A stretch of 61,352 nt of DNA, counting the filler. It is 4 parts of 4 records of this genome, joined end to end, with 100 filler letters (N's around TTAATTAATTAA, not from the genome) between each part and the next. Parts side by side here need not be neighbours in the genome. Positions count along the whole stretch, not along the records: positions 46,867 to 55,205 come from SRR31156797_12332; positions 55,306 to 61,352 come from SRR31156797_12345; 2 more parts are not named here. One strand, written 5' to 3'. The notes under the pieces were generated by a model, which did no database searches, had not been told where the DNA came from, and saw nothing but the letters and a program-made list of their open reading frames with translations. The position numbers and the translations under genes were made by a program. Shown here one piece after another: positions 49,956-60,770 of this stretch; position 1 is the first letter of the stretch; each line of letters begins with the position of its first letter.

Positions 49956-50987
49956 CTGACAGAGCTGACATTAAAAGAACGCTTCATTTATTCACTAGAA
50001 AGGAAAGAGATCGATAAGGTTCCTGTATGCTCGGTGACCCAGACAGGAACTGTGGAGCTTATGGAGATTACGGGTGCAAAATGGCCTGAAGCACATTATG
50101 ATCCGGAGAAGATGGCATCATTGGCAATTGCAGGACATGAGGTAATGGGTCTTGAGGCTGTGAGGTACCCTTTTTGTAATTCAATTATAGCTGAGACACT
50201 TGGGTGTGTCTTTGATGAAGGTTCTCTGGATACACAACCTTACCAGCTCGATCATCCATGCAAGAAGAAAGAAGATGTTGCAGGCATCTCTATTCCTGAT
50301 GATCTGCTTGAGAGCAGAAGGATAAAGGCGATGCTTGAAGCCACTGACATCATAAAAAGCAGAGTGTCGGATGATGTTCCTGTGATAGCAGGTATGGTTG
50401 GTCCTGCTGCTACTGCATTCTATCTGTGTGGTGCTAAGAATTACCTTACATGGTGTATAACGAATCCTGAGCTCCTTGAAGAGCTTATTGTTCTCAGTAC
50501 CAGAGTGTGTATAGAGTACTCAAACGCCCTTTTTGACAGAGGTGTTGATGCTGTGGTAATTATAGACTCTGAGGCGGGTCCTGACATCTTACCACCACCG
50601 CTTTTCGAGTCACTTGTACTTCCATATTACAAAGAACTTACCAGAGAAATGAAAGGACACAGCATCGTTCACATCTGCGGTGATGCCACTGCGATCCTTG
50701 AGATGGTGACCGAATCGGGATTTGAAGGATTCAGCATCGAGGAGAAGGTCGATATCGCATATGCATCTCGAATTGTCGGGGAGAATATATGTATCATTGG
50801 CAATGTCTCACCTGCAGCAACGCTGCTTGGCAAGGGAACTGAGCAGATTAAGAAAGAGGCAAAACAATGCATCGAGGATGGTGTTGGTATACTGTCACCT
50901 GGTTGTGGTATAGCTCCACGTACTCCAGTTGGGAACATAAAGGCTTTTGTGGCTGCAAGAGATGAGTTTTACGAAGTTAGCAGGTAA
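49956..50987 (+). CDS. mtaA: Methylcobamide:CoM methyltransferase (MtaA/CmuA, URO-D fold); probable CTG start
   Basis: DKVPVCSVTQTG, WPEAH, HICG, GNVSP, PGCGIAP.TP. Frame is open 26 codons upstream of GTG 50034 to a CTG 8 nt after GGAGGA. Confidence 0.9.
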   Translation: MTELTLKERFIYSLERKEIDKVPVCSVTQTGTVELMEITGAKWPEAHYDPEKMASLAIAGHEVMGLEAVRYPFCNSIIAETLGCVFDEGSLDTQPYQLDHPCKKKEDVAGISIPDDLLESRRIKAMLEATDIIKSRVSDDVPVIAGMVGPAATAFYLCGAKNYLTWCITNPELLEELIVLSTRVCIEYSNALFDRGVDAVVIIDSEAGPDILPPPLFESLVLPYYKELTREMKGHSIVHICGDATAILEMVTESGFEGFSIEEKVDIAYASRIVGENICIIGNVSPAATLLGKGTEQIKKEAKQCIEDGVGILSPGCGIAPRTPVGNIKAFVAARDEFYEVSR

Positions 50988-51432
50988 TTTCTGATTCATT
51001 ACCTGCTATTTTTTCCAGTTCTTCTATGGTCCTTTATTCTGGATAGGTGTATTGATTTGGGAGCATAGATCACCCATTGTTTATTCCTTAATCTGAATAA
51101 TTTGTATACAAAAAATTATCATTGTATGTACAAGACTAATTGGTTTTAGTTAAGGTCAAAATGATAATATCATAATTTCATTGTTATTGTGATATTGATA
51201 CACTTTTAATAATTAGGTTAATACTTATGAAATATTCTAGTGTCCAAAACACACTGCTTTGTATGCCATCAATTTATGTTCGAATGTTTTCGAGTTAATC
51301 AACAAATATATATATTTCTACACTATATATAATCGCCAATCATGTGTAATTACTACACACATGTATGTGAAATACTATTCACAATTGTTAATAATCAAAA
51401 ATAGTGTATATTCAATATGAGGATGTGGACAC

Positions 51433-53487
51433 TTGAAATTGAACTTAAAAAACATTACTATCAGTCGTAAGATAATTGCTCTTGCATTGATACTTACTAT
51501 TTTGCCAGTAACCGCGGTCGGACTTTTTGCTTACGATCAAACTTCGACTGCTATTAGAGAACAACTCCATGAAAGGCTCGATGAACAGGTCTTCATGGAA
51601 GAACAGTATGTGCACACTGTATTTTCGGTTGCAAGAGAAAACCTTGAAGTGAGCCAATCAGTTACAAATGTTGAACTACATGATTACGGGACCCCTTCGA
51701 TATCAGACAATAATCTTGTATTTGGTGACCATGTCATCAATGGCGATTATGAGATTGTTGACCATATCAAGGAAGAAACTGGAACAGATATAACAATTTT
51801 CCAGGTGAAGGATAATTCTGCAGTTCGTGTTTCTACTACTATAGTTGATGACAGTGGAAGCCGTATAGTTGGTACTACCGTTTCTCAGGAAGTTTATCAA
51901 ACTGTTGTACAGAGTGGGCAGACTTATGCAGCAGAAGCAGATGTACTCGGTGAGATTTATTTGAGCATCTATAAACCTATAAAAGATGTAACAGGGGAGA
52001 CTATTGGTATTCTTTTTGTTGGTATGCCTGAAGAACACTACCGTCAGATAATCAAGGAGCAGATGGAAACCATCACCTTTGGTGAGACAGGCTATATGTA
52101 TGTGATGGATACTGCTGGTAATGTTATCATTCACCCAAGTATAGAGGGAGACAACCTCCTTTCAAACGATTTTGCTAAGACAATGGTTGCAAACAAAGAA
52201 GGAAGACTTGTTTATGAATGGCAGGGTCGTGACAAAGCAATCAGTTACACCTACTATCCAGAGAATGAATGGATCATTGCATCCGGTACTTATATAGATG
52301 AGTTCGAGGCTCCTGTAAAAGCTATCAGGAATGGTCTTGTTGCAGCTATACTGATATTTGTAATACTTGGCTCAGCAGCAGGTGTTCTGATAAGCAGGTC
52401 TATTTCCAAAAGTGTTGAAGGGATTGTTGCAGATTTCAAGAAGATATCTGACGATGCCATGGAAGGTAAGATTAATTCCAGAGCAGAAACCGATGTTGAT
52501 GTCGACTTCACATCTATCCCTGTTGGTCTTAATGACATTCTGGGAACCCTTACAAGCGTCATCGATGTAGTGAGTAAAAGTGCAAATGGTGTTGCTTCAA
52601 CTGCAGAAGAGATGTCTGCTTCCGTTGAAGAGATGACTGCAGCGTCTACACAGGTGTCTAATACTGTTAATGAAATTGCAAAAGGTTCACAGGAACAGTC
52701 TTCCAGATCAGAGGATGTTGCCAGGACAATGAACGATATGACCATGGGTGTGCAGGATATTGCTACCAATGCTCAGCAGGCAGCTGAAGCAGCAAATGCG
52801 GCAAGGGACTTCATCTCTGAAGTTGGTGATCAGTCCAGAGATATGCTCGTACAGATGGATGCCATCCAGAGTGCAACAAATGGGTCTGCAGATGTTATCA
52901 AAGAGCTTGAGGCTAAGTCGAATCAGATAGGTGAGATTGTCATGCTTATCACCAACATAGCTGATCAGACCAACCTGCTTGCGCTCAATGCAGCTATAGA
53001 GGCAGCAAGAGCAGGTGAACATGGCCGTGGCTTTGCTGTAGTGGCAGATGAGGTAAGAAAACTTGCTGAGGATTCAGGTAACGCAGCGTCACAGATCTCC
53101 GGGCTGATAGCAGAGATCCAGGACGGAACCCATGCAGCAGTCTCTTCAATGGAGTCAGGAACACAGACTGTCACAGAAGGTGTCGATGCACTGACCAACA
53201 CTGTGGAAGCTGTACAGAGGATTGTCGAGGAGAGTAACAGAGTTGCTCTTATGGCAGAAAATATTGCAGCAGCGGCTGAACAGCAGTCTGCTTCAATACA
53301 GGAGGTCACTGCAACTGTGGATGAGGTCGCATCGATCTCAGAGGAGGCAGCAGCAGGCACACAGGAAACTTCTGCAGCAGTGGAGGAGCAGAATGCATCC
53401 ATGCAGGAGCTTGCCAAGAGTTCACAGGAACTTGCTCAGATGTCTGCTGAGATGCAGGAATTCGTTGCAAAATATATGACAGAATAA
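51433..53487 (+). CDS. Cache-domain methyl-accepting chemotaxis protein
   Basis: TM, Cache ([19 protein letters not shown]), [32 protein letters not shown]. Confidence 0.95.
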   Translation: MKLNLKNITISRKIIALALILTILPVTAVGLFAYDQTSTAIREQLHERLDEQVFMEEQYVHTVFSVARENLEVSQSVTNVELHDYGTPSISDNNLVFGDHVINGDYEIVDHIKEETGTDITIFQVKDNSAVRVSTTIVDDSGSRIVGTTVSQEVYQTVVQSGQTYAAEADVLGEIYLSIYKPIKDVTGETIGILFVGMPEEHYRQIIKEQMETITFGETGYMYVMDTAGNVIIHPSIEGDNLLSNDFAKTMVANKEGRLVYEWQGRDKAISYTYYPENEWIIASGTYIDEFEAPVKAIRNGLVAAILIFVILGSAAGVLISRSISKSVEGIVADFKKISDDAMEGKINSRAETDVDVDFTSIPVGLNDILGTLTSVIDVVSKSANGVASTAEEMSASVEEMTAASTQVSNTVNEIAKGSQEQSSRSEDVARTMNDMTMGVQDIATNAQQAAEAANAARDFISEVGDQSRDMLVQMDAIQSATNGSADVIKELEAKSNQIGEIVMLITNIADQTNLLALNAAIEAARAGEHGRGFAVVADEVRKLAEDSGNAASQISGLIAEIQDGTHAAVSSMESGTQTVTEGVDALTNTVEAVQRIVEESNRVALMAENIAAAAEQQSASIQEVTATVDEVASISEEAAAGTQETSAAVEEQNASMQELAKSSQELAQMSAEMQEFVAKYMTE

Positions 53488-53714
53488 GGAAAAGAAGGGA
53501 ATTTCCCTTCTATTACTTTTTTTAGTTTATTTTCAGTTTCATCATTTTTCTGTATTTTTTAGTATGATTATCTCTTTTAATTCGTCAGCTATAAGTATCG
53601 GAAATGAAAAAACAGGATATTGGGTTTAAGATAAAATTGTTTGAGGATACCGGTGAGCAGCCTTACCGGAAAGTTGGAAAATGATATTGATAAGTTAAGT
53701 ACCAAAGTGATAAT

Positions 53715-54257
53715 ATGGCAGGATCAGATCTTAGCAGCAAAAAAGTTTTGATGGTTATCGCACAGGAAGGGTTTAGGGATGAGGAGTTCTTTGAACCGAG
53801 GGATATATTTGAAGATGAGGGACTCTCTATAACTATTGCAAGCAATTCCACTGATGAGGCTACAGGTGTTCTGGGAGGAACTGCAAAACCTGATATACCG
53901 ATCAAGAATGTGAATATAGATGAGTACGACGCGATTGTTATTTCAGGAGGACCTGGTGCCAGGAAGTTGCTATGGCCTGACAAGAAACTCCAGACCCTGG
54001 TTGCAGAAGCTTTTGATCTGGAGAAGATCGTTGCTGCTATCTGCGTATCCCCTGTTGTACTTGCAAGGGCAGGTGTACTTGAGGGTAAAAGGGCTACTGT
54101 GTTTAATGATCCTGCATCCATAAAAGAACTCCTGGACGGCGGGGCAGACTATGAGAATGAGGATGTTATCATAACTGATAATGTGGTTACCGGACGTGAC
54201 CCCACTGCAGCCGAGATGTTCGGTGAGGCTGTCCTTGAGGCTTTGGAGAATAAGTAA
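53715..54257 (+). CDS. DJ-1/PfpI family protein
   Basis: FRDEE..EP, YDAIVISGG.G, AAIC.SP..LA.AG.L.G..AT. Confidence 0.94.
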   Translation: MAGSDLSSKKVLMVIAQEGFRDEEFFEPRDIFEDEGLSITIASNSTDEATGVLGGTAKPDIPIKNVNIDEYDAIVISGGPGARKLLWPDKKLQTLVAEAFDLEKIVAAICVSPVVLARAGVLEGKRATVFNDPASIKELLDGGADYENEDVIITDNVVTGRDPTAAEMFGEAVLEALENK

Positions 54258-54291
54258 GGCCGGGTTCAACTGGCTGAATCTTTTTTTTCTG

Positions 54292-54570
54292 TAGAACTTG
54301 TTCAAAATTCCTCTTGAACCTTTTTCCGATACAGTATAAAGCATGCTATATCCAGTAGTCCTTTGAAAACAACATTAAACCTTTCATACATGTTTACAAT
54401 TTTCCTGAATCACATCTTCAACCATGCAAAGAAACGTTCTAGTGTCCCTTTTTTTCTATATGAGTCATATTCAAATCCTGTAGGTATTTCTCTTTTAGGT
54501 TTTTTCCTATTTCCAACATTAATAGGAATGTTACTTTTTATTGCTCTATGTCTTACTATTCCTGATGGAT
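54292..54570 (-). pseudogene. IS5-family transposase C-terminal remnant with probable terminal inverted repeat
   Basis: IKSNIPIN..RKKPKR..YRKKGTLERFFAWLKM*FRKIVNMYERFNVVFKGLLDIAC..EEF*. Internal stop at 54410, final stop at 54302, inside TAGAACTTGTTCAAAA. Confidence 0.8.
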
Positions 54571-54690
54571 ACGTCACCATAAGCAGACTCAGCAAGCACC
54601 CCCTAAAATGGAAATCATTAATATGTAGTCCAAAACAATTTTACTAAAGATCCACAAACAGAATTAATGTAGTATCAGGAATGTTACTGC

Positions 54691-55205
54691 TCACTCTTTT
54701 ATTTTATTCATCAGGACCATGATTGACAATAGTATCGTAATGATCATTGCCACAGCTGTCAAAACCATTTTTCCTATATCTGATTGATCAGGATCATCCA
54801 TGTCCGATTCAAAATCCAAATTATTTTGCTCTCCGGAAACAAGTTCTCCTTTTATGGTTGGAGCATCTAATCCTTTGCTGGATTCTTCATAGGGTTGTGC
54901 ACTCTCTTTATTCTTAGCTTGCAGCCATTCTTTTTTCAGATATGCCGGCATCCCCTCATCTATAGTTTTTGTCTCTGATGGATGATCATACGTAGCAGTA
55001 ATTGTAAAAGGTGAGAAGCCTGAAACATTATTGACAAGGTAATATGAATATTTTTCATCGTCTCTGAGATGTTCAACTGTATAGGTTTCCCATCCAAAGC
55101 TGTCTCTGTGTTGTAATTGAATAGATGTAACATTAAGTACATCTCCATTAAGCCTGTTCAGCACCCTGAACTCAATGAATCTGTTACTACTCTCATTGAC
55201 AAGGG
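54691..55205 (-). CDS. PGF-pre-PGF domain surface protein, 5'-truncated by the gap
   Basis: IEFRV...W...YSYY...SGFSPFTITA then linker and C-terminal TM with basic tail; frame appears open toward the gap. Confidence 0.75.
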
Positions 55206-55305
55206 NNNNNNNNNNNNNNNNNNNNNNNNNNNNNNNNNNNNNNNNNNNNTTAATTAATTAANNNNNNNNNNNNNNNNNNNNNNNNNNNNNNNNNNNNNNN
55301 NNNNN
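55206..55305. other. Artificial contig linker
   Basis: 44 N + TTAATTAATTAA + 44 N. Confidence 0.99.
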
Positions 55306-55394
55306 CGACACCTCATGTCTTCTGTATCAGAGAAGCAGGGAATCGGCGCCTGGAAAAACGGCGCCGGATTGCAAAAATATAGATAGGGCTGAGT

Positions 55395-56918
55395 CTATTC
55401 GCCGTACCAGCCGGAAGGATCTTCTGTCAGGCTGACAAAGATGTTCTTGGTCTGGCTGTAGCTATCCATGGCCATTTTGTGAGCATCTCGTCCGTAGCCT
55501 GATTTTTTATATCCGCCGAAGGGGCTATGAGAGGGAACAAGGTTATACTCGTTGATCCACATGGTTCCCGTTCTCACCGATTTTGCGACGCGCATGGCCC
55601 TGTTTATCTCTTTCGTCCATACGGCGCCAGCCAGGCCGAAGTCCGAGTCATTGGCTATTCCTATGGCCTCTTCTTCCGTCGAGAAGGGGATAACCACCAG
55701 AACCGGTCCGAAGATCTCCTCTCTGGCAATCTGCATGTCGTTACGTACATCGGCAAACAGAGCCGGTGTCAGAAATGCCCCGTTCTCGTAGACCTTCCCG
55801 GAAAGGGGAGTGCCTCCGGTCACCAGACGGGCTCCTTCCTGTTTTCCCCGTTCTATATGGTTCAGAACCGAATCAGCCTGTTTTTTATCAATCATGGGGC
55901 CCATTCGGCTTTCTTCGCTCAAGGGATCGCCAATAGATACCCTTTCGAAGCGAGATTTAAGATCTTCCACAACCTTTTCATAAATGTCTGTATGCACCAG
56001 AAGTCGGGAGCCAGCATTGCATACCTGTCCCTGCCCGTAAAGAATGGCCATGACGGCCGCTTCCATCGCCTTCTCCATGGGAGCGTCGGGGAAGATAATG
56101 TTTGCGGATTTCCCTCCGAGTTCAAGGGTGGCGGGAATCACGTTTTCCGCAGCGGCGGTCGCAATGGTTCTGCCGACCTCGGTAGAGCCTGTAAAAGCGA
56201 TCTTGTCTACTCCACAATGTTCTATCAGGCGCTGCCCCACGGTAGAGCCTCTGCCGACAATGACATTCAAGACTCCGGGAGGGAGCAGGTCGGCGGTGAT
56301 TTCCGCAAACATCAGGAGGGTTAGGGGGGTAGCCGAAGCGGGTTTGGCGATTATCGTATTTCCCGCAGCCAGAGCCGGTCCGAGCTTCCATCCTGCCGTG
56401 AGAAGAGGGAAATTCCATGGAATAACGGCGGCCACGACGCCGATGGGCTCCCGGATAATCATGCTGTAGGAGGAGGCGTCATGCCATACGGTGGCGTCCT
56501 CATGGGACCTGATGACTCCTGCGTAGTAGCGGAACTGATCGATAAAGGCGCTGACGTCTTCCCTGGTTTCCACAATAACCCGTCCGGTATCCATGGATTC
56601 GACACGGGCAAACAGTTCCAGGTGGCTTTCCATCCTGTCGGCGATCTGCAGCATTAGTTTAGATCTCTCCATGCTGCTTATATCAGCCCATGCGGAGAAT
56701 GCGTTCCGTGCGGCATCGACTGCTCTGTCTACGGTTGAGGGGTTTGCCAGGTAGACCTGGGCGACCGTACTTCCATCGGCAGGATTGCGAGAGGGTTCGA
56801 CATCGGCACTTTTGTCGGCATACGCACCGTTTACGAAGGAGGAGTATTCATCCTTTAAAGCAATATCGGAAGACCGGCTGGACAGCCGGTCTTTCCCTTT
56901 CAAGGTCTCCTTACTCAT
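55395..56918 (-). CDS. NAD-dependent aldehyde dehydrogenase
   Basis: IPWNFP, FTGSTEVG, LELGGKS, GQVCNAGSR, EEIFGP, PFGGYKKSG. Confidence 0.96.
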   Translation of the reverse strand: MSKETLKGKDRLSSRSSDIALKDEYSSFVNGAYADKSADVEPSRNPADGSTVAQVYLANPSTVDRAVDAARNAFSAWADISSMERSKLMLQIADRMESHLELFARVESMDTGRVIVETREDVSAFIDQFRYYAGVIRSHEDATVWHDASSYSMIIREPIGVVAAVIPWNFPLLTAGWKLGPALAAGNTIIAKPASATPLTLLMFAEITADLLPPGVLNVIVGRGSTVGQRLIEHCGVDKIAFTGSTEVGRTIATAAAENVIPATLELGGKSANIIFPDAPMEKAMEAAVMAILYGQGQVCNAGSRLLVHTDIYEKVVEDLKSRFERVSIGDPLSEESRMGPMIDKKQADSVLNHIERGKQEGARLVTGGTPLSGKVYENGAFLTPALFADVRNDMQIAREEIFGPVLVVIPFSTEEEAIGIANDSDFGLAGAVWTKEINRAMRVAKSVRTGTMWINEYNLVPSHSPFGGYKKSGYGRDAHKMAMDSYSQTKNIFVSLTEDPSGWYGE

Positions 56919-57807
56919 TCGGGGTTATCCCAAGCTGTTCGCTGAGGAACTCTTGTGCAATGACCGCGGGGTCTTCACCATCGTCATAACGACTGTTGAG
57001 GGCGCTCATCTGTGTATCGTTAAGCTGTCCGCCCAGGGAGTTTATCGCTTCCAGAACTTCCGGGTGGGATTCGAGGATCTCCTGGCGAATCACGAAGGCC
57101 CCGGAGTAAGCGGGGAAAAAGGAGAGATCGTCCTCAAGAGTTACAAGGTCAAGTTTGTCGATCCGTGAGTCGGTGGCATAGGCTACAGCGGAATCAACCT
57201 CTCCGTTATCAATGGCTCTGTAGATCAGGCTGTACTGCATGGGGAGTACTCTCTTGAATTCGATGTCATAGTGAGCGGACCAGCCCGGATAGGCGTCGGA
57301 ACGGGTGTCGAAGTTTTCATCTCCCGCCAGTAGCCATTCGGCGGCATAGGGGGCTAGGTCGGATGCCTTATTCAGATTGTATTTCTCTGCAGTTTCCCGG
57401 CGGACAACATATATATAGGTGTTATTGAAACCTATGGGCTCAGACCAGGTGAAGTTAAACTGCTCTTCAAAACCGGTTTTAACCTTTTCATAGGCTTCCC
57501 GGGAAGTGAGGTTTTCTCCTTCATAGCGAAGGACTCCGGTGAGCTGAGTTCCGGTCCATGTGGGGTAGACGTCGATCTCTTTCTGTACCATGGCTTGGTG
57601 TAGAACCGCTGAGCCGGCAAACTCTGTGTTTATTTTGACTTTGAAGTCTGTCTTGGCTTCGATGAGCTGCTTGGCCATATGGGCAAGGATGACAGTCTCA
57701 TTCACGTTCTGGGCTGCGACGTTCAAAACCCCCTCCTGGCTTCCGTTTGCGAAAGCGGCCGTGAGGCCCAGGGTCAGCAGCAGTGCGCTAAGCAGTACTT
57801 TTCTCAT
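56911..57807 (-). CDS. Glycine betaine/choline (OpuBC/OpuCC-like) ABC substrate-binding protein
   Basis: AFANGSQE spirochaete-style N-terminus; IDVYPTWTGT, GFNNTY, YATD, LEDD..FFP.Y. Confidence 0.9.
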   Translation of the reverse strand: MRKVLLSALLLTLGLTAAFANGSQEGVLNVAAQNVNETVILAHMAKQLIEAKTDFKVKINTEFAGSAVLHQAMVQKEIDVYPTWTGTQLTGVLRYEGENLTSREAYEKVKTGFEEQFNFTWSEPIGFNNTYIYVVRRETAEKYNLNKASDLAPYAAEWLLAGDENFDTRSDAYPGWSAHYDIEFKRVLPMQYSLIYRAIDNGEVDSAVAYATDSRIDKLDLVTLEDDLSFFPAYSGAFVIRQEILESHPEVLEAINSLGGQLNDTQMSALNSRYDDGEDPAVIAQEFLSEQLGITPNE

Positions 57808-57836
57808 TAAATATCTCCTAAAAAATTGAATTCAAT

Positions 57837-58538
57837 CTATGCTTCAGCAAGCAGGGGCTCAACCCCTGTTTTCCTGGCAATACGTTTTGCCCTGGACTGT
57901 GGTTCCAGGTAGTGGGCCAGCTTTTTCAGGCCCATGTCGGCAGTCAGTGCAAGAACTGTGGCCGGGAAGGCTCCGGCAAAGATCACCTCGTTTCGAATCG
58001 ACGAGAGGCCGGAAAAAATTAACCGCCCCAGTCCTCCGCCTCCGATCGCCGAGGCGAGGGCCGCGGTTCCGATGATCCATACCGAAGCGACTCGGATCCC
58101 TCCGATAATCACCGGCATTGCCAATGGCAGTTCGGTACGGAACAGGACCTGGGTTTCGGTCATGCCCATGCCACGGGCCGCCTGAACCAGAGACTTGGGT
58201 ACGCTTTTGATGCCGATGTAGGTGTTTTGGAGTACGGGGAGAAGGGCATACAGGATCAGCGCAGCCACTGCATTGTCGTTGCCGATTCCCAGCAGGAAGA
58301 TCAGGAATCCCAGAAGCGCAAGGCTTGGTATGGTCTGAAATATATTGGCCGTGGCGATAACATAGGGGGCAATCTTCTCATTTCTGGTGAGATAGATGCC
58401 CAGGGGGACGCAAATGGCCACTGTAATGCTCAGGGCTATGGCGGATATTGCCAGGTGCTCCGCTGTCAGCAGCAGGATCCGGTCCCACTGGTTCAGGACA
58501 AAGTCGTACAGATAGTAGAAAAACCCCTTCCCCTTCAT
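57837..58538 (-). CDS. Opu/ProW-like ABC permease
   Basis: QTIPSLALLG, LYALLP..NTY.G, AARGMGM, ELPLA.P, IGGGGLG. Confidence 0.93.
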   Translation of the reverse strand: MKGKGFFYYLYDFVLNQWDRILLLTAEHLAISAIALSITVAICVPLGIYLTRNEKIAPYVIATANIFQTIPSLALLGFLIFLLGIGNDNAVAALILYALLPVLQNTYIGIKSVPKSLVQAARGMGMTETQVLFRTELPLAMPVIIGGIRVASVWIIGTAALASAIGGGGLGRLIFSGLSSIRNEVIFAGAFPATVLALTADMGLKKLAHYLEPQSRAKRIARKTGVEPLLAEA

Positions 58539-59668
58539 GCTTCGCCTCCTTTGCTGCCTCTGGTGAGTCGAGAAATGGTGAGCCGGGCTATTCCGCTTTC
58601 GGTGATTTGCCCGAGGAGCTTATGATCTTCATCGAGAACCGGCACAGGGCTTTCCTCATCCGCCAGCATTTCTGCAGCGTCACGGATAGTAGCGTCGGAT
58701 GCATAGAGTTTTCGATCGCTTTGGATTGCCTCTCTGACGGTATCGGAGGCCTTTGCCGCACTTTTTACTGTCTTGAGATGAGCCATGCCCAGCCATAGGC
58801 CTTTTTTTGTAAGGATCTGGGCGGTGTCGATGCCTGTGTCCTCCATCCTTTCGAGGATGGTGGACGCGGTGTCGAACTCATTTAAGATTAGGGGGGCGTC
58901 TTCCAGAAGCGTCTGAACCGATGCTTCCGGCGAGATCTGGGACAGCCTGTCGCTGCCGATAAAATTTCTGACAAAATCGTTTTTTGGATTGTTCTGCAAC
59001 TCTTCGGGGCTTGCCAGCTGCTCAATCCGTCCTTTGCGCATCAGGACGATTCGGTCTGCCAGTTTAAAGGCCTCATCAATGTCGTGTGTCACAAAGAGTA
59101 TCGTCTTTCTCATCTTAGACTGGAGCTCGAGAAGCTCTCCCTGAAGCTTGTCCTTCGTGATGGGGTCCAGGGCTCCGAAGGGTTCGTCCATCAGGACAAG
59201 ATCCGGTTCGGCGGCCAGCCCCCGGAGAACGCCGATTCTTTGTTGCTGTCCGCCGGACATCTGGGACGGCAGCCTGTTGCGGTAAGCCGCCGGATCAAGA
59301 CCGGCAAGTTCCAGCAGCTCATCCACCCGGCGGTGGATATCCTGGGTTTTCCATTTTAAAAGACGGGGAACCGTGGCGATATTCTCCGCCGCAGTCAGAT
59401 GGGGCATGAGTCCGTTCTCCTGAATGACATACCCGATGCCTCGCCGCAGTTTTACCGGGTCATAACTTGTAATATCCCTTCCGTTTAGAAGGATGTTTCC
59501 GCTGCTGATCTTTTCAAGGTGGTTTGTCATTTTTAGCAGGGTCGTCTTTCCGCATCCCGAAGGACCTATAAGAACAATGATCTCACCCTTCGCTATTTTC
59601 AGGTCGAGGCTGTCTACGGCGCGGGTTCCGTCGGGATAGACTTTACTGAGCGCACGATATTCAAGCAT
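58535..59668 (-). CDS. Opu/ProV-like ABC ATPase with CBS domains
   Basis: GPSGCGKTT, LRRGIGYVIQ, SGGQQQR, MDEPFGALDP. Start set at ATG 59668 after GGAGG. Confidence 0.94.
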   Translation of the reverse strand: MLEYRALSKVYPDGTRAVDSLDLKIAKGEIIVLIGPSGCGKTTLLKMTNHLEKISSGNILLNGRDITSYDPVKLRRGIGYVIQENGLMPHLTAAENIATVPRLLKWKTQDIHRRVDELLELAGLDPAAYRNRLPSQMSGGQQQRIGVLRGLAAEPDLVLMDEPFGALDPITKDKLQGELLELQSKMRKTILFVTHDIDEAFKLADRIVLMRKGRIEQLASPEELQNNPKNDFVRNFIGSDRLSQISPEASVQTLLEDAPLILNEFDTASTILERMEDTGIDTAQILTKKGLWLGMAHLKTVKSAAKASDTVREAIQSDRKLYASDATIRDAAEMLADEESPVPVLDEDHKLLGQITESGIARLTISRLTRGSKGGEA

Positions 59669-60770
59669 GCTTGCCTCCATTCAGAAGGGTTTCGAGCGCT
59701 TCGATAAGGCTGTCCATCTCTTCTTCGGTACCCACTGTGATGCGAAGGTGATTCGGGTAGCCCCAGGCTGCGGCGCTACGCACGATCATGCCCATATTCA
59801 GAAGGGCGGCAGCTATGCGGTTGGCATCGTCATGGGTGTCTACAAATACAAAATTGCCGTGACCTTGCACAGGGCTCCAGCCCAGACGGGTCAGTCTGCG
59901 GTTTACAGATTCCCGGGTCTTTCTTATCTTCTCGATCACGTTCCAGGCGTAGTCGTATTCATCCCTGAGAACTGTAATGGCTCCGGCAATGGCTATGCGG
60001 TTGGCGTTGAAGGGTTCGGCGACGGTGTCTATGATTCGAATCATTTCAGGCTTAGCCATAGCGTAGCCGAAACGGGCTCCGGCCAGGCCGTAGGCTTTGG
60101 AGAAGGTCCGTACTCCGATCATATTGTATTTCTGTATGAGAGAAGGGGTATCAGGCAGAAGCCGCTGATCAGCCATTTCGGCATAGGCTTCATCCAGCAC
60201 TACCCAGCATTCTTCGGGAAGATTGTCTAGGAATCCGGGAAGGGTTCGGGCGTCAAAAAGCGTTCCGGTAGGATTGTTGGGGTTGCACAACCATATAAGT
60301 TTGGTCCTGGAATTGATCTTTTCTGCCACCGAATCCAAGTCGATGCGGTACGCTTCATTCAGGGATACTTCAACCGGTCGTCCTCCCATGAGTTTACTTA
60401 TCTCCCGGTAAAGACCGTAGCTCTGGCTGGGGATGATGACCTCGTCTCCCTCCTCTATAAAGGTTTTTGCCAGGGTTTCCAGCATGCCTCCGGCTCCATG
60501 GGATACAGCGATGTTCTGTTTCTTAAGTCCGTAGACATCGGCAATATGGTCTTTGATCTCTTCAAAACTGGCATCGGGATACATGTGCAGGTGTTCCAGT
60601 TCCTCTTTCATGGCGGCCAGAGCCTTGGGATAGGGGGCATAGGAATTTTCGTTTGAACCCAGTTTGATGACTGTGTCAATTCCCAGCTCCTGCTGGACTT
60701 CCTCTATCGTTTTCCCCGGTACATAGGGGACGACCCCCTGTACTGACTTTCTTATTCCTTTTATTGCCAT
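59661..60770 (-). CDS. HisC-like class I/II PLP aminotransferase
   Basis: Y.PGK, KLGSNEN, YPD, CNPNNPTG, DEAY, RTFSKAYGLAG.R.GY, RITVG. Not in a his operon here. Confidence 0.9.
   Translation of the reverse strand: MAIKGIRKSVQGVVPYVPGKTIEEVQQELGIDTVIKLGSNENSYAPYPKALAAMKEELEHLHMYPDASFEEIKDHIADVYGLKKQNIAVSHGAGGMLETLAKTFIEEGDEVIIPSQSYGLYREISKLMGGRPVEVSLNEAYRIDLDSVAEKINSRTKLIWLCNPNNPTGTLFDARTLPGFLDNLPEECWVVLDEAYAEMADQRLLPDTPSLIQKYNMIGVRTFSKAYGLAGARFGYAMAKPEMIRIIDTVAEPFNANRIAIAGAITVLRDEYDYAWNVIEKIRKTRESVNRRLTRLGWSPVQGHGNFVFVDTHDDANRIAAALLNMGMIVRSAAAWGYPNHLRITVGTEEEMDSLIEALETLLNGGKHA

Noticed and set aside
46867-55205. Archaeal genes as horizontal transfer into the Desulfovibrio-like genome
   Set aside because: The segment is bounded on both sides by artificial linkers, so there is no physical linkage evidence.
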